A DNA stretch of 36,396 bases from Candidatus Saccharimonadota bacterium (GTDB lineage Bacteria > Patescibacteriota > Saccharimonadia > Saccharimonadales > UBA4665), in assembly GCA_028289045.1 (NCBI GenBank), contig JAQGHB010000051.1:1-36396 (forward strand), in the 5' to 3' direction. Every line of letters begins with the position of its first letter. The stretch's first letter is position 1. The position numbers were made by a program, and so were the translations under genes. The notes under the pieces were generated by a model. It saw nothing but the letters and a program-made list of their open reading frames with translations, did no database searches and had not been told where the DNA came from. Positions 11,436-21,249 of the stretch are shown in pieces.

Positions 11436-12532
11436 TAGCGGACCTCTAAGGTGTCACCGGCAAAGGTGATATTCTTCGGCTCTATAATTACCTGTTTGGG
11501 ACCGGCTTCAACGGTTCCAGCAATCCAGGCCTGCAGGCCGCAACTCTTCGCGACCTGCACTGCATGTTCAGCCTGATTTGCCGGCAGGTAGACAGCATAG
11601 CCAGCGCCCATATTGTAGTTACCGTACATTTCTCGTTCGTCATTTTGGGCTTGTTCGGCTATGAAGTCAAAAATAGGTGCCACTGGAGTTATTTCCGTCA
11701 TGCGATATGTGAAATCAACTTCGGCCCGCATGATTTTACGCCACCCATGACCGGTGATATTCGAGAGATAGTGGATGTTAAGTTCGGCTACCTGCAAGGC
11801 TTGCACCAGCTCGGCATACAAATGCGATGCTGCCAACGCTGCCTCACCAAACGAGGTTCCGTCACTCAATTCTGTGGCGTAGCCTTCCGGTAGCCGTGCT
11901 GCAAGTTCGCGGATCAGGCTAATGCCATTGGCGTGCACGCCGTTAGACTCAACTAGAACAATGGCGTCACCGGCCTGCAGGTTTTTGCCCTGCACCAGAT
12001 GTTCTTCGTCAGTAATAATACCAAATGCAGAACCGGCGAATTCTAGCGCACCAGGTACCACGACACCTGATAGGGCTTGCGTTTCGCCACCGCCCCACAC
12101 CACGCCTGCCTTATCGCATGCCGCTCGCCAGCCTTTTATGAAGCCTTCGGCCAGCGCTTTGTCGGTTAGCCACTCATATGAGCTAGCTGACCAATAGGCA
12201 TTAAGTACGACCGGTGTCGCGCCTACGCTGACGAGATCATTAATAATGCAGGCCACGGTGTCCTGCGCAATGCCGGCGAACAATGATTTACCAGTCGATT
12301 CATACATACTTTGGGCGATCAGGCTTTTGGTGCCCAGGCCTTCCTGGACAAAAGCACCCCATTTGTCGCTCATCGAGAACATATAGGCTGATTCGCCGCG
12401 CGTGCCCTCAACCTCAGCAAAGCCAGCTGGCATATTGCCCTTAGTCGCTAGCCCTTCTTGCTGGGCGAGCACTTTCATAGGATCGGCCTGGTCATAGTTA
12501 ACGGATTGATGGTAGTCTAATTTTTGAGTCAT
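11435..12532 (-). CDS. purM: AIR synthase (phosphoribosylformylglycinamidine cyclo-ligase)
   Basis: [34 protein letters not shown]; abuts purL. Confidence 0.9.
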   Translation of the reverse strand: MTQKLDYHQSVNYDQADPMKVLAQQEGLATKGNMPAGFAEVEGTRGESAYMFSMSDKWGAFVQEGLGTKSLIAQSMYESTGKSLFAGIAQDTVACIINDLVSVGATPVVLNAYWSASSYEWLTDKALAEGFIKGWRAACDKAGVVWGGGETQALSGVVVPGALEFAGSAFGIITDEEHLVQGKNLQAGDAIVLVESNGVHANGISLIRELAARLPEGYATELSDGTSFGEAALAASHLYAELVQALQVAELNIHYLSNITGHGWRKIMRAEVDFTYRMTEITPVAPIFDFIAEQAQNDEREMYGNYNMGAGYAVYLPANQAEHAVQVAKSCGLQAWIAGTVEAGPKQVIIEPKNITFAGDTLEVR

Positions 12533-13080
12533 ACGGGCTGCTCCTGTTTTAGGTGATTGAGTACAAAAGTAACACGTTCATCAAGGCTTGCCGCCGGTAC
12601 AGTAATGGGTTCCATGCCGAATTCACGGTAACTGTCACGCAGTAATTGCTGGATGTTATCTATGAAACTCTGATCTTCAGTGCGCGCATAATCTTGCTGA
12701 TATTTTGGTAGTGGCTCGAGTAAAAAGATTTTTCTGTAGCGAGATGTTTCCATAAGCTGATGCACCCAATCTTCAATGGTGTAGCCGTAGTGTCGCATAT
12801 AGGCGAGCGTATCGTGCATGCCGCGGTCAAAAAATGTCAGCTGCTCGGCGGGAATTTTGGCTTCCGTGTCGCGTTTCATTTCCGCTACCTTTTCCTGAAA
12901 TGCCTTTTCATCGGCTCGCAGCTCCTGCACGCTGATTCCTTCGGCCAGCGACCGGTCGATCAGTGTGCGGGCCGCCTCTGGAAAAACCGGGTGACCTAAT
13001 TTTTCGAGCTCAGTCAAAAGCGCGCTCTTACCTGTCGATGGTCCGCCCGTAACCACATACCAATTATTTTGATTAGGCAC
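12529..13080 (-). CDS. P-loop kinase/ATPase, AAA_28 (NadR/Ttd14-like)
   Basis: N-terminal Walker A VTGGPSTGKS, PEAAR, FFDRGMHDTLAY; ATGA overlap with purM. Confidence 0.8.
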   Translation of the reverse strand: MPNQNNWYVVTGGPSTGKSALLTELEKLGHPVFPEAARTLIDRSLAEGISVQELRADEKAFQEKVAEMKRDTEAKIPAEQLTFFDRGMHDTLAYMRHYGYTIEDWVHQLMETSRYRKIFLLEPLPKYQQDYARTEDQSFIDNIQQLLRDSYREFGMEPITVPAASLDERVTFVLNHLKQEQPV

Positions 13081-13891
13081 TGGCTACCTCTTCGTAAAGA
13101 TGTGGTACTAGCAATTTGCCGACTGCTTGCCAGCCAGGTACGGGATCTTCAGGATCAATCTTAACAAATTCTATGCCGGCGTTATCGGCTAGGCGGCTAT
13201 CTTTGTAATGACCGTCATCACCAACGCCGACGATGTAATTGCGCGAGAACGTAAGTGTCTCATGGCTGACGGGGAGCTCAAGATGCTTTAACCAACGGTG
13301 CTGCAAGAGGTCGATGATCAGGCGACCAGGTTTAACGCATAACTCGGTCGGTAAGTGCGTGAGTAAGGGCCGCATGTCATCGTCTGTGACCATGATGTCC
13401 GGCCGAGCTACTTCTTGTACATCACAGAAGCGTTCTATAAGAGGTTGATGCCCTGAGGAGGTCACGCCAGTTGTAATATTGGGCTGTTCAGATACTGCGT
13501 TCCAGGTATTCACAAAACCCGCCACCGGACGCGGCCAACGCCCTCCGTCAGGCAGAAGTTCTCCGACTTGAGACGATAGTACCTCAAGTTTTGCTTCTAC
13601 AAGATCTTCGCTGCGTTGCTGGACAGTAATATCATCAGCCGTAACTGGCAGTAGTTGAGCCGTGACTTCGACGGGTGAGCGATTTAGTAAGCCACCTTGA
13701 GTTCGGTAGATTTCAAGGGCGTTATAACCAAGTACCTTTTGTACAGCGTGTTCATACGCGAGTGCTACTGTCATACCATTTGGTGCCGGCTCGGACGTAA
13801 CAGCCATCGTTTCGTCAAAATCAGACGCCAACAAACGCTCTATGCTATGTTCACCCGATAGAACCTGGTTACCATTTCCCTGTGCACCCAT
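13073..13891 (-). CDS. HAD-superfamily hydrolase/phosphatase
   Basis: Motif I DFDET, motif II TSSG, motif III KP, motif IV VGDD..KD; upstream GGAGGG. Confidence 0.7.
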   Translation of the reverse strand: MGAQGNGNQVLSGEHSIERLLASDFDETMAVTSEPAPNGMTVALAYEHAVQKVLGYNALEIYRTQGGLLNRSPVEVTAQLLPVTADDITVQQRSEDLVEAKLEVLSSQVGELLPDGGRWPRPVAGFVNTWNAVSEQPNITTGVTSSGHQPLIERFCDVQEVARPDIMVTDDDMRPLLTHLPTELCVKPGRLIIDLLQHRWLKHLELPVSHETLTFSRNYIVGVGDDGHYKDSRLADNAGIEFVKIDPEDPVPGWQAVGKLLVPHLYEEVASA

Positions 13892-13963
13892 TACGACCCT
13901 CCAGATGTTATAAAAAGTATGCGATACCTGACGGATAAATACAAGTTAAACCCGAGGAGGAGT

Positions 13964-14614
13964 TTAGGAGGCTTGGAGGCGTCTCACTGCATCATCAACA
14001 GCTGACCAGGCTATATCCTGAGGGAAACTTGTAATGTCAAAAGCTTGCAGGCGGGGCGGCTGATCATGGGGGAGCAGATTTATGATAGGTGCGGCTGGGT
14101 CAATATCTGCTTTATGTATAAGCGTGACAGTGCCATCATCAAATTCCGAAGAGTGTAACGATCCACGGGGCATTTCATAATAATCACCATTTAGTTGATT
14201 AGGACCGTACACCTGCTCACTTTCTAGTTCCAAGGACGCACGATAATCAGAGGGACGATCTTCGCACACAGTGTCGGTGCAAATTGTTTCTGTTGGTCTC
14301 CATGGCCCTTGCTCGTCAGTAATGGGTTCTTTCCAGAATTGATTAGCAATTCTACCAAGTAGTACACGACTGCGCATGTAGGAATTATGGTTATGCGGTG
14401 CTTCATCTCGGTCCAGAAGATCTCTAGACCATACATGGAGTGAGTGGCCTGGCTCCAGCCGCGTAGGCGTAAATTGTAATCTAAAAAAACCGAATCGATA
14501 GACCTTGACTGGTTCGCCTAAAGTTCGTGCATGTTCTACTGCTTCTGAGACATGACCAATTAACTCTTTTCGTGGAAGTCGGAGGTCTAGCTTGGAATAT
14601 GGATGCTCTCTCAT
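13964..14614 (-). CDS. Hypothetical protein, possible cupin-fold metalloenzyme
   Basis: LHVW...PHNH...SRVLLG and a distal His (GSLHSS) resemble a cupin His triad. Start placed at ATG 14614 (ORF track begins at 14653). Confidence 0.5.
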   Translation of the reverse strand: MREHPYSKLDLRLPRKELIGHVSEAVEHARTLGEPVKVYRFGFFRLQFTPTRLEPGHSLHVWSRDLLDRDEAPHNHNSYMRSRVLLGRIANQFWKEPITDEQGPWRPTETICTDTVCEDRPSDYRASLELESEQVYGPNQLNGDYYEMPRGSLHSSEFDDGTVTLIHKADIDPAAPIINLLPHDQPPRLQAFDITSFPQDIAWSAVDDAVRRLQAS

Positions 14615-14656
14615 AAGGTTAGGTATTTTAAAAGCATATACCAGGCCTGTCAATGA

Positions 14657-15172
14657 CTATTTGCTGGCGAGATGGGCTTTCCAGCCGTTTTCGGTGAGTT
14701 TTTTGTCGGTCTCCAATACTGAATCATGCAGGTTCTGTTTGTACTGGTCGTATTTAACAGCTAACTGCTCGTCGAGAAGGCTAAGGATTTCAATGGCCAT
14801 TAAGCCAGCATTTTTGGCTCCGTTTTCGGGTAGTGTAGCTAGTGGGATGCCAGGAGGCATTTTGATGCTTGACCATAGGGCCTCGTGGTCGTGATTGTCG
14901 CGTTTTACAGGTACGGCTATGACTGGCAGCGGCGTGTGCGAGGCCGTCATGCCTGGTAAATGCGCCGAGCCGCCGGCACCGGCAATAATAACTTTCAGGC
15001 CGCGCCCTTTGGCTTCTGCGGCATACGTCATCATTTCCTCGGGAGTGCGGTGGGCAGAGATAACTCGTACCTCATACTCTACGCCAAAATCATCTAAGAC
15101 GGCGGCCGCGCCGCTCATGATGTCGAGGTCTGAATCTGATCCCATAATAATGCCGATAAGTGGTGTTGCCAT
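14657..15172 (-). CDS. purE: N5-CAIR mutase
   Basis: IIMGSDSD, SAHRTPE, IIAGAGGSAHLPGM, MPPGIP. Confidence 0.97.
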   Translation of the reverse strand: MATPLIGIIMGSDSDLDIMSGAAAVLDDFGVEYEVRVISAHRTPEEMMTYAAEAKGRGLKVIIAGAGGSAHLPGMTASHTPLPVIAVPVKRDNHDHEALWSSIKMPPGIPLATLPENGAKNAGLMAIEILSLLDEQLAVKYDQYKQNLHDSVLETDKKLTENGWKAHLASK

Positions 15173-15180
15173 ATATTCTC

Positions 15181-16314
15181 CTAAATACTTAATTGTTTAC
15201 GTGCCTTGCGAGCTCTGGCTCGCGCTTCTTTCACGGTCTTGCCAGTGGCGGTGATGTGCCCCATCTTGCGGTCTACTTTTGTCGGCGATTTACCGTACAA
15301 ATGGACGCTGGTTCGGGGGTTTGCCAGCGCCTTGTCGAGACCTTTGATTTTAGTCATGTCATTGCGCTCGCCTAAAATGTTGATCATGACGGCGGCCGGT
15401 ACCGACAGTGTTGTGTCACCGAGCGGTAGACCGGTGATGGCCCGAACATGCTGTTCGAACTGCGAGGTATGGTTGGCTTCAATGGTATGGTGACCGGAGT
15501 TATGTACCCGCGGCGCGATTTCGTTGATCAGGATGTCGCCTTCTTTGGTTAAGAATAGCTCAACACCGAACATGCCCGCTCCATGGAGCATGCTCACTGC
15601 TTGCAAGGCTACGTTGGTTGCTTCTGTGGTCTGTGTCTTGCTAATTGGTGCCGGCGCTAGAACCTCGACACAAATGTTCCGCTCATGGATAGTTTCCACA
15701 ACCGGATAAGCAGCCACATCGCCATCTACTGTACGGGCTACCATAACAGCGAGCTCCTTGCTGAACGGTATGAGCTTTTCGGCGTAGAGCTGCTTGCCTG
15801 CAAATAGCTTGAAAGCCTTTTTGATCTGGGCGGCGTCTTCGACGACCATATTGCCGCGGCCATCGTATGCGCCGTGACGGGTCTTGATGAGCATCTTGCC
15901 CTCAAATGCTTTGAGGGCATCGTTGGCCGCACGCTCATCTGGTATCTCCACAAATGGCGCGACGGGGATGCCAGCTTCTTCAAAAAACTTTTTTTGAAGA
16001 TATTTATCTTGAATCAAACGAATGGTACTAGGCGCGGGATTGACTGGCTTGCCCAAGGCCACCAGCTCGTCGAGAATATCAGCATCAAGATGCTCAATTT
16101 CGATAGTGAGCCAGTCAGATTTCTCGGCTAACTGCTTCAAAGCAGTCCGATCATACAGATCTGCAACAATTTGCTTGGCGCCAACCTGGGCTGCCGGACT
16201 ATCTTCGCCAGGGTCGACTACTATGACTTTAAAACCAAGGGGTAAGGCGGCCAGCGTCAGCATGCGCCCCAGCTGTCCGCCACCGATAATGCCGATTGTT
16301 TGGCTCCCATGCAT
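15181..16314 (-). CDS. purK: N5-CAIR synthase
   Basis: [56 protein letters not shown]. Start placed at ATG 16314. Confidence 0.96.
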   Translation of the reverse strand: MHGSQTIGIIGGGQLGRMLTLAALPLGFKVIVVDPGEDSPAAQVGAKQIVADLYDRTALKQLAEKSDWLTIEIEHLDADILDELVALGKPVNPAPSTIRLIQDKYLQKKFFEEAGIPVAPFVEIPDERAANDALKAFEGKMLIKTRHGAYDGRGNMVVEDAAQIKKAFKLFAGKQLYAEKLIPFSKELAVMVARTVDGDVAAYPVVETIHERNICVEVLAPAPISKTQTTEATNVALQAVSMLHGAGMFGVELFLTKEGDILINEIAPRVHNSGHHTIEANHTSQFEQHVRAITGLPLGDTTLSVPAAVMINILGERNDMTKIKGLDKALANPRTSVHLYGKSPTKVDRKMGHITATGKTVKEARARARKARKQLSI

Positions 16315-16369
16315 GCCCTTAATATACATGAAACTTGCACTTTTTGGTGCTGTCGCTAACAATAGAGGC

Positions 16370-17332
16370 ATGCAGGATGCCCAGGCTATTACTACCACCG
16401 ACTTTAACTTCCCTGGACAGACAGCGCTGTACCACGGCAAAGTTCGCGATGTTTACAGCATCGGCGAGGACACAATGGTATCAGTGGCTACTGATCGTAT
16501 TTCGGCATTTGACGTTATTTTACCTCGACCGATTCCCTATAAAGGCCAAGTACTGAACCAGCTGGCTGCGCATTTCCTGGAGCAGACGGAGGATATTATA
16601 GACAATTGGCTGGTAGGCGTACCGGACCCAAATGTTAGCGTCGGACACCGCGCACAGCCTTTTAAAGTAGAAATGGTGATCCGCGGCAGCCTGGTCGGCT
16701 ATTCATGGAGGCAATATAAGGCCGGCGAGCGTGAGCTTTGCGGCGTCGCACTTCCCGAGCGCCTTGAAGAGTACGATCGTTTCCCCGTGCCCATTATCAC
16801 TCCTTCCACCAAAGCCGCTGAAGGCCACGATGAGGACATCTCGGCTAAGGACATTGTGGCGCAAGGGCTTGCCACCGCTGAAGAGTGGGAACAGCTCACG
16901 GCGTATACGCGCCAGCTCTTCGCTCGCGGTCAGGAAATGGCCGCCGCCCAAGGTCTGGTGCTGGCCGACACCAAGTACGAATTTGGCACGCTGGCCGGCA
17001 AAATCATTCTGATAGATGAAATCCACACCCCAGATTCTTCGCGCTATTTCTACAAGGATAGTTACGAAGCGTATATTGGCGGCCAAAAAGATACGGCGCC
17101 GAAACATCTTTCCAAAGAATTCGTGCGCGAATGGCTGCTAAAGAATAACTTTAGCGGTCAAACCGGTCAAACTATTCCAGAGATGACCGACGAGTTCGTG
17201 CAATCGGTCTCTGAACGCTATATAGAGCTGTATGAGCAATTGAGCGGGCATTCTTTTGAAAAAGCCGATATTTCGAATACCCTGCAGCGAATCGAAGCCA
17301 ATGTCACGACCTATCTGGAGCGGAACAAATAA
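16370..17332 (+). CDS. purC: SAICAR synthetase (long type)
   Basis: [61 protein letters not shown]. Start placed at ATG 16370. Confidence 0.96.
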   Translation: MQDAQAITTTDFNFPGQTALYHGKVRDVYSIGEDTMVSVATDRISAFDVILPRPIPYKGQVLNQLAAHFLEQTEDIIDNWLVGVPDPNVSVGHRAQPFKVEMVIRGSLVGYSWRQYKAGERELCGVALPERLEEYDRFPVPIITPSTKAAEGHDEDISAKDIVAQGLATAEEWEQLTAYTRQLFARGQEMAAAQGLVLADTKYEFGTLAGKIILIDEIHTPDSSRYFYKDSYEAYIGGQKDTAPKHLSKEFVREWLLKNNFSGQTGQTIPEMTDEFVQSVSERYIELYEQLSGHSFEKADISNTLQRIEANVTTYLERNK

Positions 17333-18730
17333 ATGAAGCCAATACAGCTGCCGACACCATCTGCCGTTACGAACTTTAGTGCCATCGACCCGCTCGATAG
17401 TCGTTACTACGATCCGGAAATTGCACGTTATCTATCCGAACAGAGCCGAATCGCCTATCAAGCGCATGTGGAAGCTGCGCTGGCTTTTACGCTAGCCGAT
17501 TTCAAGATCTGCAGTCCCGATATTGCTCGTAAAATCGAAGCCGCTACTACTAAAGTCACCGCCCGAGCAGTATACGAAGCCGAAAAAACCACCAAACACG
17601 ACATTAAGGCATTAGTGAACACGATTAAGAGTGAGCTAGATGAGGATGCTCAGCCCTATGTGCACTTTGGGGCGACATCATATGACATCGTTGCCACAGC
17701 AACTGCCTTGCAGCTGCGCACAGCTATTCAGCAATTAGTGTTGCCACGCCTAAAGAAGCTTGATGAGACTCTACTGACTTTGACAAAACGCTACGCTGAT
17801 ACCGTCCAAATTGGTCGTACTCACGGCCAACACGCGGTGCCAGTCACCTTTGGTTTTGCGATGGCCGAATACGCCAGCCGACTCACTGACAGCACGCTAG
17901 CGCTCAAGGATCTCAGCGACATGCTCACCGGCAAATTCTCTGGCGCTGTGGGTGCCTATAACGCCCTTAGTTTATTCGTCGATGACCCTATGAAGTTCGA
18001 GGAAACTGTTCTGGGTCATTTAGGTTTAAAGCCAGCAGCCTATTCTACCCAGATCATTCCAGCCGAAAATATTATTCGCTTAATAGATGAGCTGGCGATC
18101 ACCGCTGGCATCATGGCTAATCTATCGCATGATATGCGCCACTTGCAGCGTACGGAAATCGCTGAAGTCCGCGAAGCATTCGAAAAAGGCCAAACCGGCT
18201 CCTCGACTATGGCTCACAAGCGTAACCCCTGGAACTTCGAAAATGTCATTAGCATGTCCAAGCAAGTCACCGCCCAGATCGTCAACGCCAACCTGAACAT
18301 CAGTAGTGAGCACCAGCGCGACCTGACAGATTCTGCTTCAGCCCGTTTTTATGGCATCGTCCTGGCGAGCGTGGCCTCCATGGCCGAACGTCTAGACCGA
18401 ATCATGAACAAGCTCGAAGTCGACGAAGCTAGCATGCAGCGCAACCTCTACCTCACCGGTGGCGCTATTGCAGCCGAACCCCTGTACTTGCTGCTCGAGA
18501 AATACGGTCACACCACGGCCCACGAAAAATCAAAAGAAGTCGCCCACGCCGCTCTCGATGCCGGCATCAAACTCTACGAAGCCGCTGAAAAAGATAAAGA
18601 ACTTAAACCTTACTTCGAAAAGTTCACCAAGCGAGAATTACAGATACTAGAGAACCCCGAAAAATATTACACAGGTCTAGCTTCTGAAAAAGCGCTGACT
18701 GTATACGAGCGCTGCAGCAGCCAGCTATAG
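17333..18730 (+). CDS. purB: Adenylosuccinate lyase
   Basis: HDIKA, HFGATSYDI, GRTHGQHA, GAVG, fumarase-family signature GSSTMAHKRNP. Confidence 0.95.
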   Translation: MKPIQLPTPSAVTNFSAIDPLDSRYYDPEIARYLSEQSRIAYQAHVEAALAFTLADFKICSPDIARKIEAATTKVTARAVYEAEKTTKHDIKALVNTIKSELDEDAQPYVHFGATSYDIVATATALQLRTAIQQLVLPRLKKLDETLLTLTKRYADTVQIGRTHGQHAVPVTFGFAMAEYASRLTDSTLALKDLSDMLTGKFSGAVGAYNALSLFVDDPMKFEETVLGHLGLKPAAYSTQIIPAENIIRLIDELAITAGIMANLSHDMRHLQRTEIAEVREAFEKGQTGSSTMAHKRNPWNFENVISMSKQVTAQIVNANLNISSEHQRDLTDSASARFYGIVLASVASMAERLDRIMNKLEVDEASMQRNLYLTGGAIAAEPLYLLLEKYGHTTAHEKSKEVAHAALDAGIKLYEAAEKDKELKPYFEKFTKRELQILENPEKYYTGLASEKALTVYERCSSQL

Positions 18731-19405
18731 CCGCGAAAGTCGCTGATCGTTCAAATAATCTTGTATGTCGATAGGCAGCCAGACTTTTTCGGTGGTTTGA
18801 ACATTCTGAGACAAGTCTTCGGCTGTGTCGCCAGGCATTACCGGAACGGGATGAGAACGAAAAACACTGCCAGTATCATAATCAGCGGCAACTGCGTGAG
18901 TGGTTTGCGCGGAGTAGCTCAGCCCGTCCTCTAACACCTTCTCCTGAACATGGATGCCGTGATAGCCCTGGGTGTGCGGAAGCGGCCCTGGGTGTGTGTT
19001 AAGCATGCGGGCGTCAAAACTTGAAGTATGGGTCGACAGCGCGCCGTATTCTTCCAGTAATTCGCCGCGAACCTTTCTCATATAGCCTACCAGACCCACC
19101 AGCGCGGTGTTGCTTGCGGCTGCGACAGCGCATATGGCCTCGGACTCAGCCAGGGATTGTTCGCCACGCTGGCCAGCGCCAGTTGGATGAGTCTGGCCGC
19201 TAATATGTAGCTTTCGGATGCCAAGACCATATTGCTTATTCAGACGGTCAACACGATCAAAGACACCGGCGTCCTCGTTGTTGGAGATAACCTGGACGAC
19301 TTCTGCCTGTAAGATGCCGGTTTGGGTGGCGTGAATTACTGCTTCGGCGGTTGAGCCGCTGCCGGAAGCGAGGAGGGTAATGACGGGATAGTGACGTTCA
19401 CTCAT
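18725..19405 (-). CDS. purN: GAR formyltransferase (divergent)
   Basis: LLASGSGST, VISNN, GYMR, NTHPGPLP, THAV...YDTG formyltransferase motifs; purine-cluster context. Start uncertain (19405 or 19417). Confidence 0.8.
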   Translation of the reverse strand: MSERHYPVITLLASGSGSTAEAVIHATQTGILQAEVVQVISNNEDAGVFDRVDRLNKQYGLGIRKLHISGQTHPTGAGQRGEQSLAESEAICAVAAASNTALVGLVGYMRKVRGELLEEYGALSTHTSSFDARMLNTHPGPLPHTQGYHGIHVQEKVLEDGLSYSAQTTHAVAADYDTGSVFRSHPVPVMPGDTAEDLSQNVQTTEKVWLPIDIQDYLNDQRLSRL

Positions 19406-19459
19406 AATTGATTGCATGTATGGTGACACAAACTCGCCGCCAGCTCAAGCATGAGCGGG

Positions 19460-19642
19460 TTATCGGCACTGCAGATCAGCCTTGCGGGTGTGCACCTGGC
19501 TCTGGGCCTCTGCAGCAAGAGTTACCGCCGGTGCCACTCCCAGTGCGCCAGCAGCGCAGGCCAACACTGTAGCAGCCTGGCGTCTTAGGCTAGCCGTTTC
19601 GGGCATATGAATAGAGTGTGAGGAAGGGCTGACCTCTGACAT
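19460..19642 (-). CDS. Small hypothetical ORF with a signal-peptide-like segment (real gene or remnant)
   Basis: RR followed by AATVLACAAGALGVAPAVTLAA; fills the intergenic gap; no recognisable domain. Confidence 0.25.
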   Translation of the reverse strand: MSEVSPSSHSIHMPETASLRRQAATVLACAAGALGVAPAVTLAAEAQSQVHTRKADLQCR

Positions 19643-19721
19643 AGAGGATTTAGTGTTGACTCATTTAATGAAATTTTAATCTTTAGGATTAAAAATTACA
19701 AGTAAAGCCGGTCAGAGAGGC

Positions 19722-21236
19722 CTACTGACCCCAGAAGCTGCAGAGGGTAGACAGATCGAAGATATCAACCGTGCCGTTGCCATCGAGGTCACCTTGAGCT
19801 CGTGTGGCACCAGATGTCTTGCCGTAGTTGCTGGCGAGAGCGCTGAGATCGAAGATATCAACCGTGCCATTACCATCAACATCACCGCTCTTAACAATCG
19901 TAGTAACAGCCAGGGCTGTTGATGACGCAGAGGTCTTGGCTGCAGCGTCGTAGGCTTGGATGGTGAAGGAGTACGTGGCTCCGGAAGTTAAGCCTGTTGC
20001 GGTGTAAGAGGTCGTGGCGCTGGTACCAACCTTGGTGCCATTGCGGAGTATATTGTAGCCGGTTACGCCGACGTTATCGGTGGAGGCGGTCCAGCTCAGC
20101 GTGGCAGTGGTCGCAGTTTTAGATGGAGATGTCAGACCAGTTGGAACTGAAGGAGCGACGGTGTCAGCCAGCGTGCTTACAGACAATGCCGCTGTTTGGG
20201 CTGAAGTCTTGGCTGCGGCATCGTAAGCTTGAACCGTGAAGGAGTAGGCAGTGCCTGGCGTGAGGCCGGTGCTGGTGTATGAGGTTGTGGCGCTGGTACC
20301 AACTTTTGTGCCATCACGGTAGATGTTGTAGCCGATCACGCCGACATTATCGGTGGAGGCGGTCCAACCCAATGTGATGCTATTTACCGTGCTGGCCGAC
20401 GAAGTTAATCCGGTTGGAATGCTGGGCGCTACTGTATCGGCAGCCGTGCTTACTGCGAGAGCTGTTGATGAAGCTGAAGTCTTGCCTGCGGCATCGTACG
20501 CTTGAATGGTATACGAATAACTGGTGCTCGGGGTTAACCCTGTATTCGTGTAGGAGGTCGTAGTAGTGGTCGCTAGCTGGGTGCCATTGCGCAGGATATT
20601 GTAGCCAGCCACGCCCACATTGTCGGTGGCAGCTGCCCAGCTCAAACTAATGCTTGTCGCTGTCGTGGCGCTTGATGCCAGACCGGTCGGAACACTGGGA
20701 GGCGTCAAATCGGCAATGGTGTAGGTAGCGCCAGTGGTGGCGCCAGCCGCTATGTCCTGCTGCGTGGTCGTGCTCACGAGTGCAGTGCCGGTACCAAACG
20801 CAACAGAGGTCGTGCCGGTGGTAAGAGCTTTAAATGTCACGACCGCAACTGTCTGTGAGCCGGTGCGCACTGCGGTGGCGCCGCGGGCTATCTGTAGCAG
20901 GCCTGCGCCGTTATCGGTAGTTTGGGCGGCGATATCAAAGGCGCTGGTGCCGGTAGGTGTGTCAGTGCTGACGTAGCTTAACTTCGTAGGATCATAGGTA
21001 AGGTTGGCCTGAACCGCGTTGACCGTGTCTGTAGTACTATTTTCCATAATGGTCACCGTAAAGTTATTGCCAAGGCTAATTGATGAGCTGGCCGGTGACA
21101 AGCTCATGGAGCCTGGTGTGGCAGCGTGTGTGAAAGCTAGAATGTAGATTCCGACGCCGGCAAAGATAACGGCGAACAAAGCAGCAGTAAGCTGGGGGCC
21201 TTTCAAGTTTTTCAATTTTTTGGTTACTGATTTCAT
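19722..21236 (-). CDS. Surface protein: N-terminal TM/signal, cohesin, 3x fibronectin type III, C-terminal dockerin
   Basis: Cohesin-like FTVTI...VNAVQANLTYDPTKL...VAVVTFKAL; three PSxPTGL...W.A.TDNVGV.GYNI.R.G...AYDAA repeats; duplicated GDxDGNGTVDIFDLS Ca-binding dockerin repeats. Start placed at ATG 21236. Confidence 0.85.
   Translation of the reverse strand: MKSVTKKLKNLKGPQLTAALFAVIFAGVGIYILAFTHAATPGSMSLSPASSSISLGNNFTVTIMENSTTDTVNAVQANLTYDPTKLSYVSTDTPTGTSAFDIAAQTTDNGAGLLQIARGATAVRTGSQTVAVVTFKALTTGTTSVAFGTGTALVSTTTQQDIAAGATTGATYTIADLTPPSVPTGLASSATTATSISLSWAAATDNVGVAGYNILRNGTQLATTTTTSYTNTGLTPSTSYSYTIQAYDAAGKTSASSTALAVSTAADTVAPSIPTGLTSSASTVNSITLGWTASTDNVGVIGYNIYRDGTKVGTSATTSYTSTGLTPGTAYSFTVQAYDAAAKTSAQTAALSVSTLADTVAPSVPTGLTSPSKTATTATLSWTASTDNVGVTGYNILRNGTKVGTSATTSYTATGLTSGATYSFTIQAYDAAAKTSASSTALAVTTIVKSGDVDGNGTVDIFDLSALASNYGKTSGATRAQGDLDGNGTVDIFDLSTLCSFWGQ
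19753..19868. repeat. Dockerin duplication: two identical 23-bp copies, 93 bp apart
   Basis: agatcgaagatatcaaccgtgcc at 19753-19775 and 19846-19868. Confidence 0.9.
19893..20711. repeat. Three tandem 273-bp (91-aa) FN3 coding repeats
   Basis: Equivalent Asp codons at 20711, 20438 and 20165, exactly 273 bp apart; synonymous divergence between copies. Confidence 0.9.
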
Positions 21237-21249
21237 AGTAATGCCCAGA

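Noticed and set aside
16022..16440. Long overlapping N-terminal extensions of purK and purC in the ORF track
   Set aside because: Family motifs start only after ATG 16314 (-) and ATG 16370 (+); the extensions are antisense read-through across a 55-bp divergent promoter.
19674..19694. 8-bp inverted repeat ttttaatc-tttag-gattaaaa
   Set aside because: AT-rich and weak; could be an operator or terminator but cannot be distinguished from chance.
19753..20711. Direct repeats as a possible CRISPR array or DGR template/variable repeat
   Set aside because: They are in-frame protein domain repeats (FN3, dockerin) with synonymous differences; no cas or reverse transcriptase gene and no adenine-specific variation seen.
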